From an uncultured Gemmatimonadales bacterium (lineage in GTDB: Bacteria > Gemmatimonadota > Gemmatimonadetes > Gemmatimonadales > GWC2-71-9), in NCBI GenBank assembly GCA_963779755.1, contig CAVZZO010000001.1, forward strand, positions 1,952,001 through 2,016,000: 64,000 bases of DNA, written 5' to 3'. The notes beneath the pieces were generated by a model that worked only from the letters and a program-made list of their open reading frames with translations, was not told the DNA's origin and did not search any database. Positions 38,601 through 47,039 of this stretch are shown in pieces (the first letter of the stretch is position 1; the number at the start of each line of letters is the position of its first letter). The position numbers and the translations under genes are program-made.

Positions 38601-41600
38601 GCAGCGGCTGGGAGCCGCGGTTGCGGCGCAACTCCGACTGCGGCGGACGCAGGCCCGGGTTGCCGTAGAACAGGTCTCCGGCAAGTTCCTGGAACACGGC
38701 GGCATCGGCCGGTGTGAGCCCGAGCTCCCGCAGTTCGACCTGATTCGAGGTCCAGGCCAGATCCAGGGCGCGCTGGGCTGCGTGGGGATCATGGTAACGG
38801 TCCGCCAGCTCGAAGGCCCGCTCGGGGCTGGTGGCGACCAGCGTGGTAAAGGCCACGGACGCCGACTGCCCCGGCGCGAGCCGGACCCGGGTGCGCAGCG
38901 CGAAGACGGGATCCAGGACCGCCCCGGTGGTCCCCGAGAGCGGCCCCTCGCCCTCCAGGGCGGCCGGGTCCCGGGGCGTGCGGCCCCGGCCGAGGAAGCG
39001 GGCCCGGTCGGTTTCGCAGGTCACCGGCCCGACCCGTTCCTTGCCGCTATCCATCACATGGACGCACCAGAGCTGCCGCTCCTCTGCCGACCGCGGCCGG
39101 CGGGTGGCGGTGATCGCGCTACACCACTCGTGCCATTCCGTCTCGACGAACAGATTGCTGAAGGCCGGATGGGCACGGTCCGCAGTCGGCGGAGCGAGGA
39201 CGATCTCCCCGTAGCTGGTGAGCTCGACCTCGCGGTCATCGTCGGCGTGGTTGGTCAGGATCACCCGCCGGACTTCGGCCGAGTCCTCCGGGACCGCGAC
39301 GACCTCGGTCCGGGTCTCGATGGCATCGTCCAGGCGGTGGAAGGTCACGCGATCGGTGGCCAGATGGGCGTGATACCAGTCGGCCGCCGCGGCCACGGGC
39401 TGGTGCGCCGCCGACCAGACCCGCCCGGTCGACACATCCTTGAGGTAACAGAACTGCCCGGTGGCGTCGCAGGACCCGTCGGCCCGCCAGCGGGTCACGG
39501 CGAGGCCCTCGTAGCGGGAGTACCCGCCGCCGCAGTGGCTCAGCATCACGGTGTAGGGCAGGTAGCCCAGCAGCGCGACATGCGGCTCGGGCGTATCGGG
39601 CGTCTCGAACTGGCGCACCACAGGCTCCTCTCCTTCCCCCTCATGCCGCATTGGGTCGGGCCGGCCGCCGTCGCGCTCCTGCAGCACCAGCCGGCGCGGG
39701 ATGCGTTCGTGCAGCAACAGTTCCGCCGAGCGCACCAGCGGATCCGCGTGAAAGCGGCGCTGCCAGACCCGCGAGGCCAGCAGGTTCGTGAGCGCGACCA
39801 GCCCCATCCCGATATGATGGGCCATGTAGGTATCAACCAGGGCATAGCGCCGGTCCGGATCGGGGCGGGTATAGTCCAGCGCGTCCCGGAACCCGTACGG
39901 ACCGAGGGCCCCCTTGCTTTCCAGCAACTGGAGGTTCGCCAGGGCGGCCTGCGGGTCGATCAGGGTGGCGAGGATGCTGGCATAGGGCGCGACCACCAGT
40001 TCCCGTCCCAGGCCGCGCTTGAGGGCGAGGTCGGGCACCCCGAAGGCCCGGTACTGGTACGTATGGTGCCGGTCGCGCACGTTGTAGGCGCTCTCGCTCA
40101 CGCCCCAGGGGACACCGCGCGACGCGCCGTAGGCCATCTGCCGGGCCACCACCCCCCGGTACGTCTGCGCCAGCAGGGTGAACGGGAACGACTGCATGAC
40201 GAGCAGGGGCATCAGGTATTCGAACATGCTCCCGCTCCACGATACCAGCGCCGGGGTTCCCGCGGCGTAGGTCATCGTGCGGCCCAGGCGGAACCAGTGT
40301 TCCACCGGTACATCGTTCTTGGCCACGGCCAGGAAGCTGGCCAGGCGCGCCTCCGAGGCAAGGAGATCGTACGACGATGCGTCCAGGGCGTGCGTGTCCT
40401 GGTGGAAGCCGGTCGCGAAGAGCTTGTGCTTGCCCTCGAACAGGAAGCGGAAATCGGTCTCCAGGGCGTAGGCGTAGGCCCGCTCGGCCAGGGCTTCGAG
40501 CCGGGCCGCCAGGTCTGCCGCGGCCGGCGAGCGCACCGCCAGTTTGCGCAGGGTAGCCGGGGAATCCGTCCCGAGGCCGTCGGTCAGGGCGGGCTGCCCG
40601 GCGATGCGCTGCAGGCTCCACTCGATCCATTCCGACGCCTGGTCGCGTTCGGCCCCGGGGAGCCCCGCGCGGGCGATCGCGTCCTGCGCCTGCGCCAGGG
40701 GGCCGGCCACGCCGGCGAGGGCCGCCGCCGAAACGGGCCCCCGGGCCGAGGCGGCCAGCGCGTCGCGCGCTGCGCGGAGATGCTCGTCGGCGCCGTTCGC
40801 CGATGCGGGAGAAGGCAGCCGGTCGCCGGCCAGGTCCAGCGCGGCCTCCAGCGCGAGCCAGGGCGCGCGGGTGAGCACCGGCTGATCCATCAGCGCGAGG
40901 CATGCCTGGCGCAGGGCGACCAGGTGGCCGGCGAGATTGCCGCTGTCCACGGTGGACACGTAGGCCGGCTCCAGCACGCTCAGGTCCCGCAGGTCGTACC
41001 AGTTGTAGAAGTGCCCCCGGAAGCGGCGCATCCGCTCCAGGGAACGGAACGCCAGCTCCAGGCGCCGGACCATCTCGCCCAGAGTCAGGAAGCCCAGGTC
41101 GGCGGCGCTGACGGTCGCCAGCAATTGCAGGCCGATGTTGGTGGGCGAAGTGCGCAGCGCCACGACCGGGTCGGGGCTCTCCTGGAAGTTGTCCGGAGCG
41201 AGCCAGTTGCTCCCGGCGTTGACGAAGCGGTCGAAAAAGCGCCAGTGCAGCAGGGCATAGCGCAGCGCCCGGCTCTGCAGACCCTGGCCCAGGCGGCGGC
41301 GCCGGGTGACGGCCGGCGCGCTCAGCACCTGCGCCACCGCCGGGGCGATCATCCATGCCAGCATCAGCGGCAGCACGGCGACCGCGACCTCCCAGGCCGG
41401 TGTGCCCGTGCCCGCGGGCCGGGCGCTCAGGCGCCACAGGAACCCCAGCAGCACCAGGCCCGCCACCGCCACCGCCGGTCCCATCGCCCGCCAGGCGGCG
41501 GCGCCCGAGTCCGGCAGGCCCTGCTCGATATGGGACGCCGTCTGCCATTCGAGCAGATGGCGCCGGGTGACGAACATCCGCCAGAGGGTCCGGACGATCG

Positions 41601-44244
41601 CGTCCGTGGACACCCAGGCCTGATGGGGAAGGAAGATGATCGCGAGCGCCAGTTGCCGGGCCGCGGTTTCGGTATCGCGCCCTACCGCCGCGTAGTAGGC
41701 GCGCCACGACTTGTCGAGCGATGGGCGGAGCAGCGCGAGCGAGAGGGAAACGATCCAGGGGGCGGCCACGGCCCCCAGGCCCAGCAGTGTCCAGCGCAGC
41801 GGCGAGCCCGGCAGGAAGAGCCAGCCCGCAACCAGAAAGGCGAACTGCGCCAATTCCACCGTGCTGCGCCGCAGGTTGTCCAGGATCTTCCAGCGGGAGA
41901 GGAAGGAGAGCCGGTTGGGTTCCGGGCCGTTCGGCCCCGGCACCCGGGCAGTGAGCCACGGCAGCAGTTGCCAGTCTCCCCGGATCCACCGGTGCTTGCG
42001 GCGGCTGAACGTCAGATACCGGCGGGGATAGTCGTCATACACGACCACATCGGTGGCCAGGCCGGCGCGGGCGTAGCTGCCCTCGATCAGATCGTGGGAG
42101 AGCAGCGCGTTCTCCGGGAAGCGACCCTGCGTGGCCCGGTGGAACGCCTCGAGATCGTAGATCCCCTTGCCGGTGAAGCTGCCCTCGCCGTAGAGGTCCT
42201 GGTACACGTCGGAAACGGCGGTGGTGTAGGGATCGACGCCGGGATGCCCCGAGTGAATGTCGGCGAAGCGCGACCGATGCGCGCTCGGCAGGGAGACCCC
42301 GACGCGCGGCTGCAGGATCCCGTAGCCGCGCACCACGCGCCCCTGCGCCGGGTCGTACCACGCGCGATTGAGCGGGTGGGCCAGGGTCCCCACCAGAAGC
42401 GGCGCGGCATCCGGCGGGAGGACGGTGTCGGAATCGAGGGTGACGACATATCGCACCTGCCGCAGCGGATCCGGGTCGCCCACCACCAGGGTGAACCCGC
42501 CGGCCTCCCCGGTCATGATGAAGCGGTTGAACTCGGTGAGCTTGCCCCGCTTGCGCTCCCATCCCATCCAGACACCCTCACCGGGATTCCAGCGCCGGGG
42601 CCGGTGGAAGAGATAGAAAGCATCCTGCCCATCCACCGCGTAGCGCGCGTTGAGGGCCCGCACCCCGTCGGCCGCCGCGGCGATGATCTCCGCGTCGCCG
42701 GCCCGGGTCTCCTCCGGAGCGTCGGTCAGGTCGCTCAGGATGGCGAAATGGAGATGCGCCTCCCGGTTGGCCAGGAACTGCACTTCCAGATTCTCCAGTG
42801 CCTCGTGCACCGCACCCGGACTCTCGAAGAGAGTGGGGATGACCACCACCGTCCGGAACTCGGGCGGCACGCCGTGCTCATGAAGATCGAGCTTGGGCAG
42901 CGTCCGGGGCGGCAGGAATACCGTGATCAGCTGGTTCACCACCGTCAGGGCGATGTCGGCGGCGGGCAGAAGCCCGAGGAGCACGACGGCGAGCCACTCG
43001 GAGCGGGCGGCCGGGCCCCCCAGCCACAGCAGGAGGGCGAGCGCCGCCGCCGTTGCCGACAGCACACTGCCCCCGAAAACCATATTGGGATGCCGCCGGG
43101 CCCACCGGTCCGCTGCCTCCGCCGCCGGAGGGCGGTACCCCAGGTCCCGCTCCAGCCGGGCCACGCCGACGTCGATCAGGTAGTAACCGACATGCGTGCG
43201 CCGCGGGTCGCCTCCGTCCCCTTCCGCCGCCCCGCGCGCGTAGTCGATGGCCCGGCGCGCCACCGCCTCCTGCGGCAGGCCCGTCCGCTTGGCGATACGC
43301 TCCACCACATGCCGGTACCGGTCGCGGGTGGCGAACGTCATGCGCCCATAGTCACCCGAGGGGTCGGCGCGCAGGATCGCCTCCATGCGGCTCTGCCCCT
43401 CCACGAAGGCGCCCCATTCCATGCGGGCGATGGCACGCAGGCTGGTGATGCTGTTGGCCATTCCGACCTGGGTCAGGGCCAGGCGCTGGGTCGCGCGGGC
43501 GGCGGCCTCCTCTGCGCTCAGGGCCTCGTCCGCGATCCACTGCTCGAGCCGCTGGACGGCCGGGAGCGCACCGCCCTCAACCCGAAGCTGCTGCAGGAAA
43601 CGGGAGACGAAGGTGGGGGTGAGGGTCGGGGCGTGGGAGGCGAAGCGGTACAGGGCCGCGTCCAGGGTTGCCGCGTCCGCGGCGGCCCCCGCGATGGCGG
43701 CTGCCTCGGCGTCGGCCGCCGCCAGCTCGTCCAGCCGTTGCACCGTGCGGAGGGCCATGCGACGGACATTCTCGATCAGTCCCAGCCGCAGCATGGCGGG
43801 GATCGCCCAGAGCTCGCCGACCGACAGGGGGGCAACCTGCTGAAACGCCGTCACGAACCCGTTCAGGTTTTCGAGATCGATCCGGCCCTCGCTGTGCGAG
43901 ATCAGCGTAATCGCCAGCTCGTAGATCCGGGGGTAGCCCGCCAGCGGGCCGGTGGCCAGCTCGGGCAACTCCCGGTAATAGCTGCGGGGCAGACTCTCGT
44001 GCACCTCGCCGATATGCTCCAGGACAATGTGGTAGTTGTCCAGCAGCCATTCCCCGGCGGGCCCGACATCCCGGCCCCGGTCGGCGGCGGCGGCCAGCCG
44101 TGCCTGGGCATCCCGGAGGATGCGGCGGGTGGCTTTGAGGCGCTCCAGGAGCGGGACCAGTCGCCGGGCGCGCGCGGGCGGCGCCAACCGCTGGCCACGG
44201 GCGATGACCTGGGCCCGCTCGGCCAGGTGTTCGGCGCCGAGCAT
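35644..44244 (-). CDS. ndvB: Cyclic beta-1,2-glucan synthase-like multidomain protein (NdvB/Cgs; GT, cyclising domain, GH94)
   Basis: EWLLDNY, WMGWERKRGKL, LLSHDLIEG, RWIRGDWQ, TSPTNIG, YDLLASEARL, WSGSMFEYLMP, YQSGGAYGFRDQLQD, GDWNDGMN and RENGAQYTH motifs. Confidence 0.92.
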   Translation of the reverse strand: MLGAEHLAERAQVIARGQRLAPPARARRLVPLLERLKATRRILRDAQARLAAAADRGRDVGPAGEWLLDNYHIVLEHIGEVHESLPRSYYRELPELATGPLAGYPRIYELAITLISHSEGRIDLENLNGFVTAFQQVAPLSVGELWAIPAMLRLGLIENVRRMALRTVQRLDELAAADAEAAAIAGAAADAATLDAALYRFASHAPTLTPTFVSRFLQQLRVEGGALPAVQRLEQWIADEALSAEEAAARATQRLALTQVGMANSITSLRAIARMEWGAFVEGQSRMEAILRADPSGDYGRMTFATRDRYRHVVERIAKRTGLPQEAVARRAIDYARGAAEGDGGDPRRTHVGYYLIDVGVARLERDLGYRPPAAEAADRWARRHPNMVFGGSVLSATAAALALLLWLGGPAARSEWLAVVLLGLLPAADIALTVVNQLITVFLPPRTLPKLDLHEHGVPPEFRTVVVIPTLFESPGAVHEALENLEVQFLANREAHLHFAILSDLTDAPEETRAGDAEIIAAAADGVRALNARYAVDGQDAFYLFHRPRRWNPGEGVWMGWERKRGKLTEFNRFIMTGEAGGFTLVVGDPDPLRQVRYVVTLDSDTVLPPDAAPLLVGTLAHPLNRAWYDPAQGRVVRGYGILQPRVGVSLPSAHRSRFADIHSGHPGVDPYTTAVSDVYQDLYGEGSFTGKGIYDLEAFHRATQGRFPENALLSHDLIEGSYARAGLATDVVVYDDYPRRYLTFSRRKHRWIRGDWQLLPWLTARVPGPNGPEPNRLSFLSRWKILDNLRRSTVELAQFAFLVAGWLFLPGSPLRWTLLGLGAVAAPWIVSLSLALLRPSLDKSWRAYYAAVGRDTETAARQLALAIIFLPHQAWVSTDAIVRTLWRMFVTRRHLLEWQTASHIEQGLPDSGAAAWRAMGPAVAVAGLVLLGFLWRLSARPAGTGTPAWEVAVAVLPLMLAWMIAPAVAQVLSAPAVTRRRRLGQGLQSRALRYALLHWRFFDRFVNAGSNWLAPDNFQESPDPVVALRTSPTNIGLQLLATVSAADLGFLTLGEMVRRLELAFRSLERMRRFRGHFYNWYDLRDLSVLEPAYVSTVDSGNLAGHLVALRQACLALMDQPVLTRAPWLALEAALDLAGDRLPSPASANGADEHLRAARDALAASARGPVSAAALAGVAGPLAQAQDAIARAGLPGAERDQASEWIEWSLQRIAGQPALTDGLGTDSPATLRKLAVRSPAAADLAARLEALAERAYAYALETDFRFLFEGKHKLFATGFHQDTHALDASSYDLLASEARLASFLAVAKNDVPVEHWFRLGRTMTYAAGTPALVSWSGSMFEYLMPLLVMQSFPFTLLAQTYRGVVARQMAYGASRGVPWGVSESAYNVRDRHHTYQYRAFGVPDLALKRGLGRELVVAPYASILATLIDPQAALANLQLLESKGALGPYGFRDALDYTRPDPDRRYALVDTYMAHHIGMGLVALTNLLASRVWQRRFHADPLVRSAELLLHERIPRRLVLQERDGGRPDPMRHEGEGEEPVVRQFETPDTPEPHVALLGYLPYTVMLSHCGGGYSRYEGLAVTRWRADGSCDATGQFCYLKDVSTGRVWSAAHQPVAAAADWYHAHLATDRVTFHRLDDAIETRTEVVAVPEDSAEVRRVILTNHADDDREVELTSYGEIVLAPPTADRAHPAFSNLFVETEWHEWCSAITATRRPRSAEERQLWCVHVMDSGKERVGPVTCETDRARFLGRGRTPRDPAALEGEGPLSGTTGAVLDPVFALRTRVRLAPGQSASVAFTTLVATSPERAFELADRYHDPHAAQRALDLAWTSNQVELRELGLTPADAAVFQELAGDLFYGNPGLRPPQSELRRNRGSQPLLWTAGLSGDWPILLATIESADGLSTLRQLLAAHRYWRRRGMTVDLVVLNMAASTYHQDLTDRITAAVYAVSDSGSFDRPGGVFVRRRDQLAADALQMLRATARVHISCDGRALGRAVAAATPPDELPADEDESPPSGTRAPERSDLRVANVMRRIGARLLGPLTAPLFSSWSSGTGRRGGAPPPPPANGFGGLTAEGDYEIQVQDGRLPPAPWANVIANPHGGFVVTERGGGFTWAANSQLYRLTPWHNDPVSDQVTEAVYLQDDETGELWSATPGPVRQALPYLVRHSAGTTSFEHEHGGGITTTLMLGMADDAAVKLSILRVTNHDTRPRRLTITTYVEWTLGVLREHTQHQVRTMPDPAQSAILAQNTFDPQFADWVAFHAITEPLAAHTASRLDFLGRNGTVADPAALRAGGRLNAITGAGIDPCAALQCELSLAPGETREIAILLGAAGDETAARQAVAEYRDVARAQAALAGSIAAWAERLSAITVRTPEPTFDAMLNRWTLYQALSCRMWGRSALYQSGGAYGFRDQLQDVMAFVYADPALAREHIVRAAGRQFLEGDVQHWWHPPAGRGIRTRFSDDLVWLPYVVDHYIRTTGDASVLDVPVPFLVMRALEPDEQEVYDVPRTADEEASVYEHCRRALAHACTAGTHGLPLIGAGDWNDGMNRVGVAGRGESVWLAWFLIATLRSFAQHAEARGDAAVAADCRRHAEAYTAAVEAHGWDGAWYRRAYFDDGTPLGSAGNEECQIDSIAQSWSVLSHAGHPDRQAQALGSLEHRLVREDARLIMLLTPPFDTMPQDPGYIKGYLPGIRENGAQYTHAAIWAVLATALRGDADRAFELYQMLNPLTHARTPEEVEIYKVEPYVVAADVYTAEGHLGRGGWTWYTGSASWMYRAGLEGILGFHKRGEMLFLEPRAPAGWREYTIEYRHGRSRYVIVVHNPDGAARGAVELMMDGRPVNGPAILLVDDGERHEVSVRPAMP

Positions 44245-44507
44245 CTCGCCGGCAATGGGGCCGGCGATCAGATCCTGGCGGGCGTCGGGCCGGCGGGAGA
44301 GAAGGCGAGAGAGGAAAGCGGGCGCCTTGAAGGGAGCGTTCGTCGGGGACCTCGAGTGAGGGACGCGTGGATCAGGCCGCGGTTGAAACGTAACCCCCGG
44401 CGGAAGAACGCAACGCCGGCCCCGCCGTCACCGGCGTGCGAGGCGACCCCGGCCCGGACGGCGAGGGCCGCGTGAACATCGCTTCAGGAATCCCTCAGGA
44501 TAGATCC

Positions 44508-44523
44508 ATCAAGAACAGTTGAT
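44508..44523. promoter_or_regulatory. ATCAA-N6-TTGAT palindrome, candidate ArsR/SmtB-family operator
   Basis: atcaagaacagttgat lies just upstream of the permease start. Confidence 0.5.
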
Positions 44524-44534
44524 CTTTCCTCCCT

Positions 44535-45602
44535 ATGGCCAGTTCGCCGCTTCCCATTCATCACCCGGTTGCCCCTCCGGCCGCTTCCCTGCGAAATCCG
44601 TGGTGGGGGGCCGCCGGGGCAATCCTCTGGCTGGCGTTGTACAGCCAGGCGGCCGCGGTATCTCACTGGGTTACCTATGGTCTCCTGGATCTCGCCGAGG
44701 GCGGCCGGGTGGGGGCGTCCGTCGGCTTCTTCCTCTACGAGGTTCCCAAGGTCCTGCTGCTGCTGGTCGCCGTGGTGTTCGCAGTGGGGGTGCTCCGCAG
44801 CTTCGTCACCCCCGAACGCACCCGGCAGATCCTCGCCGGTACCCGGGAAAGCGCCGGAAACGTCCTTGCCGCCGGTCTCGGCGTGGTCACCCCCTTCTGT
44901 TCCTGCTCGGCTGTGCCGCTTTTCCTCGGATTCGTGAAGAGTGGGGTGCCGCTGGGAGTCACCTTCTCGTTTCTCATCGCCGCTCCCATGGTGAACGAGG
45001 TGGCGCTGGTCCTGCTGGCGGGGCTCTTCGGCCCGCGGGTCGCGCTGCTGTACGTAGGCACCGGGCTGAGCCTTGCGATCATCGCCGGCTGGATTATCGG
45101 AAGGCTGCACCTGGAGGGCTGGATCGAGCCATGGGTGACGGCCATGCCGGCCGTTCAGGCCGGGGGCGGCGTTGCCGGCCCCCGGCGCTGGAGCGAGCGG
45201 GTGCAGGCCGGCCGGGAGGCGGTGAGAGAAATCGTGGGGAAGGTGTGGCCCTGGGTGGTGGCGGGCATCGCCGTCGGCGCGGTGATTCACGGATACGTCC
45301 CTACCGGTGCGATGACCAGCCTGCTGGGAGCGGAGCGGTGGTGGTCGGTCCCCGCGGCCGTGCTGCTTGGCGTGCCGATGTATTCCAATGCCGCCGGGAT
45401 CATCCCGATCGTGCAGGCGCTGATGGAGAAGGGCGCCCCGCTCGGGTCGGTGCTCGCCTTCATGATGTCGGTGATCGCCCTGTCGTTCCCCGAGATGCTG
45501 ATTCTGCGCAAGGTGCTGCAGCCGCGGTTGATCGCTCTCTTCATCGGGATCGTGACCGTGGGGATCATTGCGGTGGGCTATCTGTTCAACGCGATCTTCT
45601 GA
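44535..45602 (+). CDS. ArsP-like (DUF318) permease
   Basis: TPFCSCSAVP, SFLIAAPMVNE, GVPMYSNAAG and ALSFPE motifs. Start approximate. Confidence 0.88.
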   Translation: MASSPLPIHHPVAPPAASLRNPWWGAAGAILWLALYSQAAAVSHWVTYGLLDLAEGGRVGASVGFFLYEVPKVLLLLVAVVFAVGVLRSFVTPERTRQILAGTRESAGNVLAAGLGVVTPFCSCSAVPLFLGFVKSGVPLGVTFSFLIAAPMVNEVALVLLAGLFGPRVALLYVGTGLSLAIIAGWIIGRLHLEGWIEPWVTAMPAVQAGGGVAGPRRWSERVQAGREAVREIVGKVWPWVVAGIAVGAVIHGYVPTGAMTSLLGAERWWSVPAAVLLGVPMYSNAAGIIPIVQALMEKGAPLGSVLAFMMSVIALSFPEMLILRKVLQPRLIALFIGIVTVGIIAVGYLFNAIF

Positions 45603-45612
45603 GGGAGGAAGC

Positions 45613-45894
45613 ATGCGAGTGGAGATTCTGGGTACCGGATGCGCCCGTTGTCACCAGCTCACGCGTAACGTGCAGACCGCGCTAGAGCGGCTCGGCGCCG
45701 AGGCCGACGTGCGCCAGGTGGAGGACCCGCAACAGATTCTGGCCTACGGGGTGATGAGCACGCCGGCGCTGGTGGTCGATGGAGCGGTACGCCTGGCCGG
45801 GCGGGTACCGGGGCCGGAAGAACTGCAGCAGTACCTGGCCGGTCCGCCGGCCCCGGCCGATCTCGCCGTCACCCCGGCCCGGGAAGAGCGGTAG
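45613..45894 (+). CDS. Small thioredoxin-like redox-active disulfide protein (MTH895-type)
   Basis: GGAGG SD, ILGTGCARC (CxxC) and YGVMSTPALVVDG. Confidence 0.88.
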   Translation: MRVEILGTGCARCHQLTRNVQTALERLGAEADVRQVEDPQQILAYGVMSTPALVVDGAVRLAGRVPGPEELQQYLAGPPAPADLAVTPAREER

Positions 45895-46963
45895 GCTCCG
45901 AAAGAAAGCGGCGGACCTGGCGTACGATCTTCTCCGCGTCGTCGGCGACGCCGCAGAGCAGCCCGGATGCCCGGCTGTTCTGCCACTCACGTCCGACATA
46001 GAACAGTCCGGGAACCGGGGATAGGCCGCGATGCTCCAGGAAGCTTCCGTGGGCACCGGTCGCTCCGGGGATGCTCATCCAGGACGGATCATCCCGATAG
46101 CCGATAGCCCAGACCACGGCGTCGAAGGCGGCCGCGCGGCCGCCTGCGAAGCGCAGCGTGGCGCCGTCGGCATCGATCGTGCGCGGCACCAGGCGCACTC
46201 CCCTGCGCCGGAGCGATCCGGGCCGCAGGTGCGCGCCGGGGAAGGGATCCAGGGCGCGGCTGACGCGGCCGGGGACGGTGGCCTTGTCCGCACGCAGAGC
46301 GCCGAGGTGGTCCGCCCACCACAGGTTGTCTCGGCCCAGAATGCGCTGGGGCAGAATTACCGAGCGCCGGCCCGTGGAGAGCCACGTCTCGTGCGTGGAT
46401 GCCAGCTCCCGGGCGACATTCCGGCCGGTGGGACCGCCGCCGACTACCAGGACGCGTCCGGGGGGGACCTGCTCCGGCCGCCGATAACTGGCCGCATCGA
46501 ACCGGGGCAGTCCGGGTGCGAGGTTCGCGGCAAAGGAGGGGGTGACGGGTCGTTCGAAGCCGCCGGTCGCGACGATCACCGCAGTGGCTTCGAGGCTGCG
46601 TCCCTGGGCGGTGCGCGCCGAGAAACGGCCGCCCTGTCGCTCGAGCGCTATCACCGCATCGCCGAGGGCAAGGGGGAGCTCGAAGGTGCGGGCGTAGCGG
46701 CCCAGGTAGTCCGCAATCTCGTGGCCGGCGGGATACCCCTCCGGGTCGCCGGAGAGAGGCAGGCCTGGAAGCGCGCTGTAGGACCGGGGCGAGAAGAGGG
46801 TGAGAGAATCGTACCGCCGGCGCCAGGAATCGCCGGAATACGCGTGCCGTTCCTGGATGTGAAAGGAGAGGCCGTTCGATGCGAGGGCCCGTCCTGCGGC
46901 CAGGCCGGCCTGGCCCGCACCGATCACCAGGACGTCCAGCCCGGTTCTGGAGGACTCCTTCAC
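45869..46963 (-). CDS. Flavin-containing monooxygenase-like FAD/NAD(P)H oxidoreductase (ArsO/CzcO-like)
   Basis: VIGAGQAG, W..RYDSL.LFSP, ATGGF, VVGGG and WAIGY motifs. Start placed at GTG 46963. Confidence 0.85.
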   Translation of the reverse strand: MKESSRTGLDVLVIGAGQAGLAAGRALASNGLSFHIQERHAYSGDSWRRRYDSLTLFSPRSYSALPGLPLSGDPEGYPAGHEIADYLGRYARTFELPLALGDAVIALERQGGRFSARTAQGRSLEATAVIVATGGFERPVTPSFAANLAPGLPRFDAASYRRPEQVPPGRVLVVGGGPTGRNVARELASTHETWLSTGRRSVILPQRILGRDNLWWADHLGALRADKATVPGRVSRALDPFPGAHLRPGSLRRRGVRLVPRTIDADGATLRFAGGRAAAFDAVVWAIGYRDDPSWMSIPGATGAHGSFLEHRGLSPVPGLFYVGREWQNSRASGLLCGVADDAEKIVRQVRRFLSEPTALPGPG

Positions 46964-47039
46964 CAGCGCACTGCCTCCCCCGATTACGGTTGCGTCGGGG
47001 CGGCGCCGGCCGCCCGCCTCTCGCCGGTAAGCTAGTCGC

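Noticed and set aside
36430..44475. 2681-aa plus-strand ORF
   Set aside because: It is the antisense shadow of the glucan synthase, caused by high-GC codon bias, and has no recognisable motifs.
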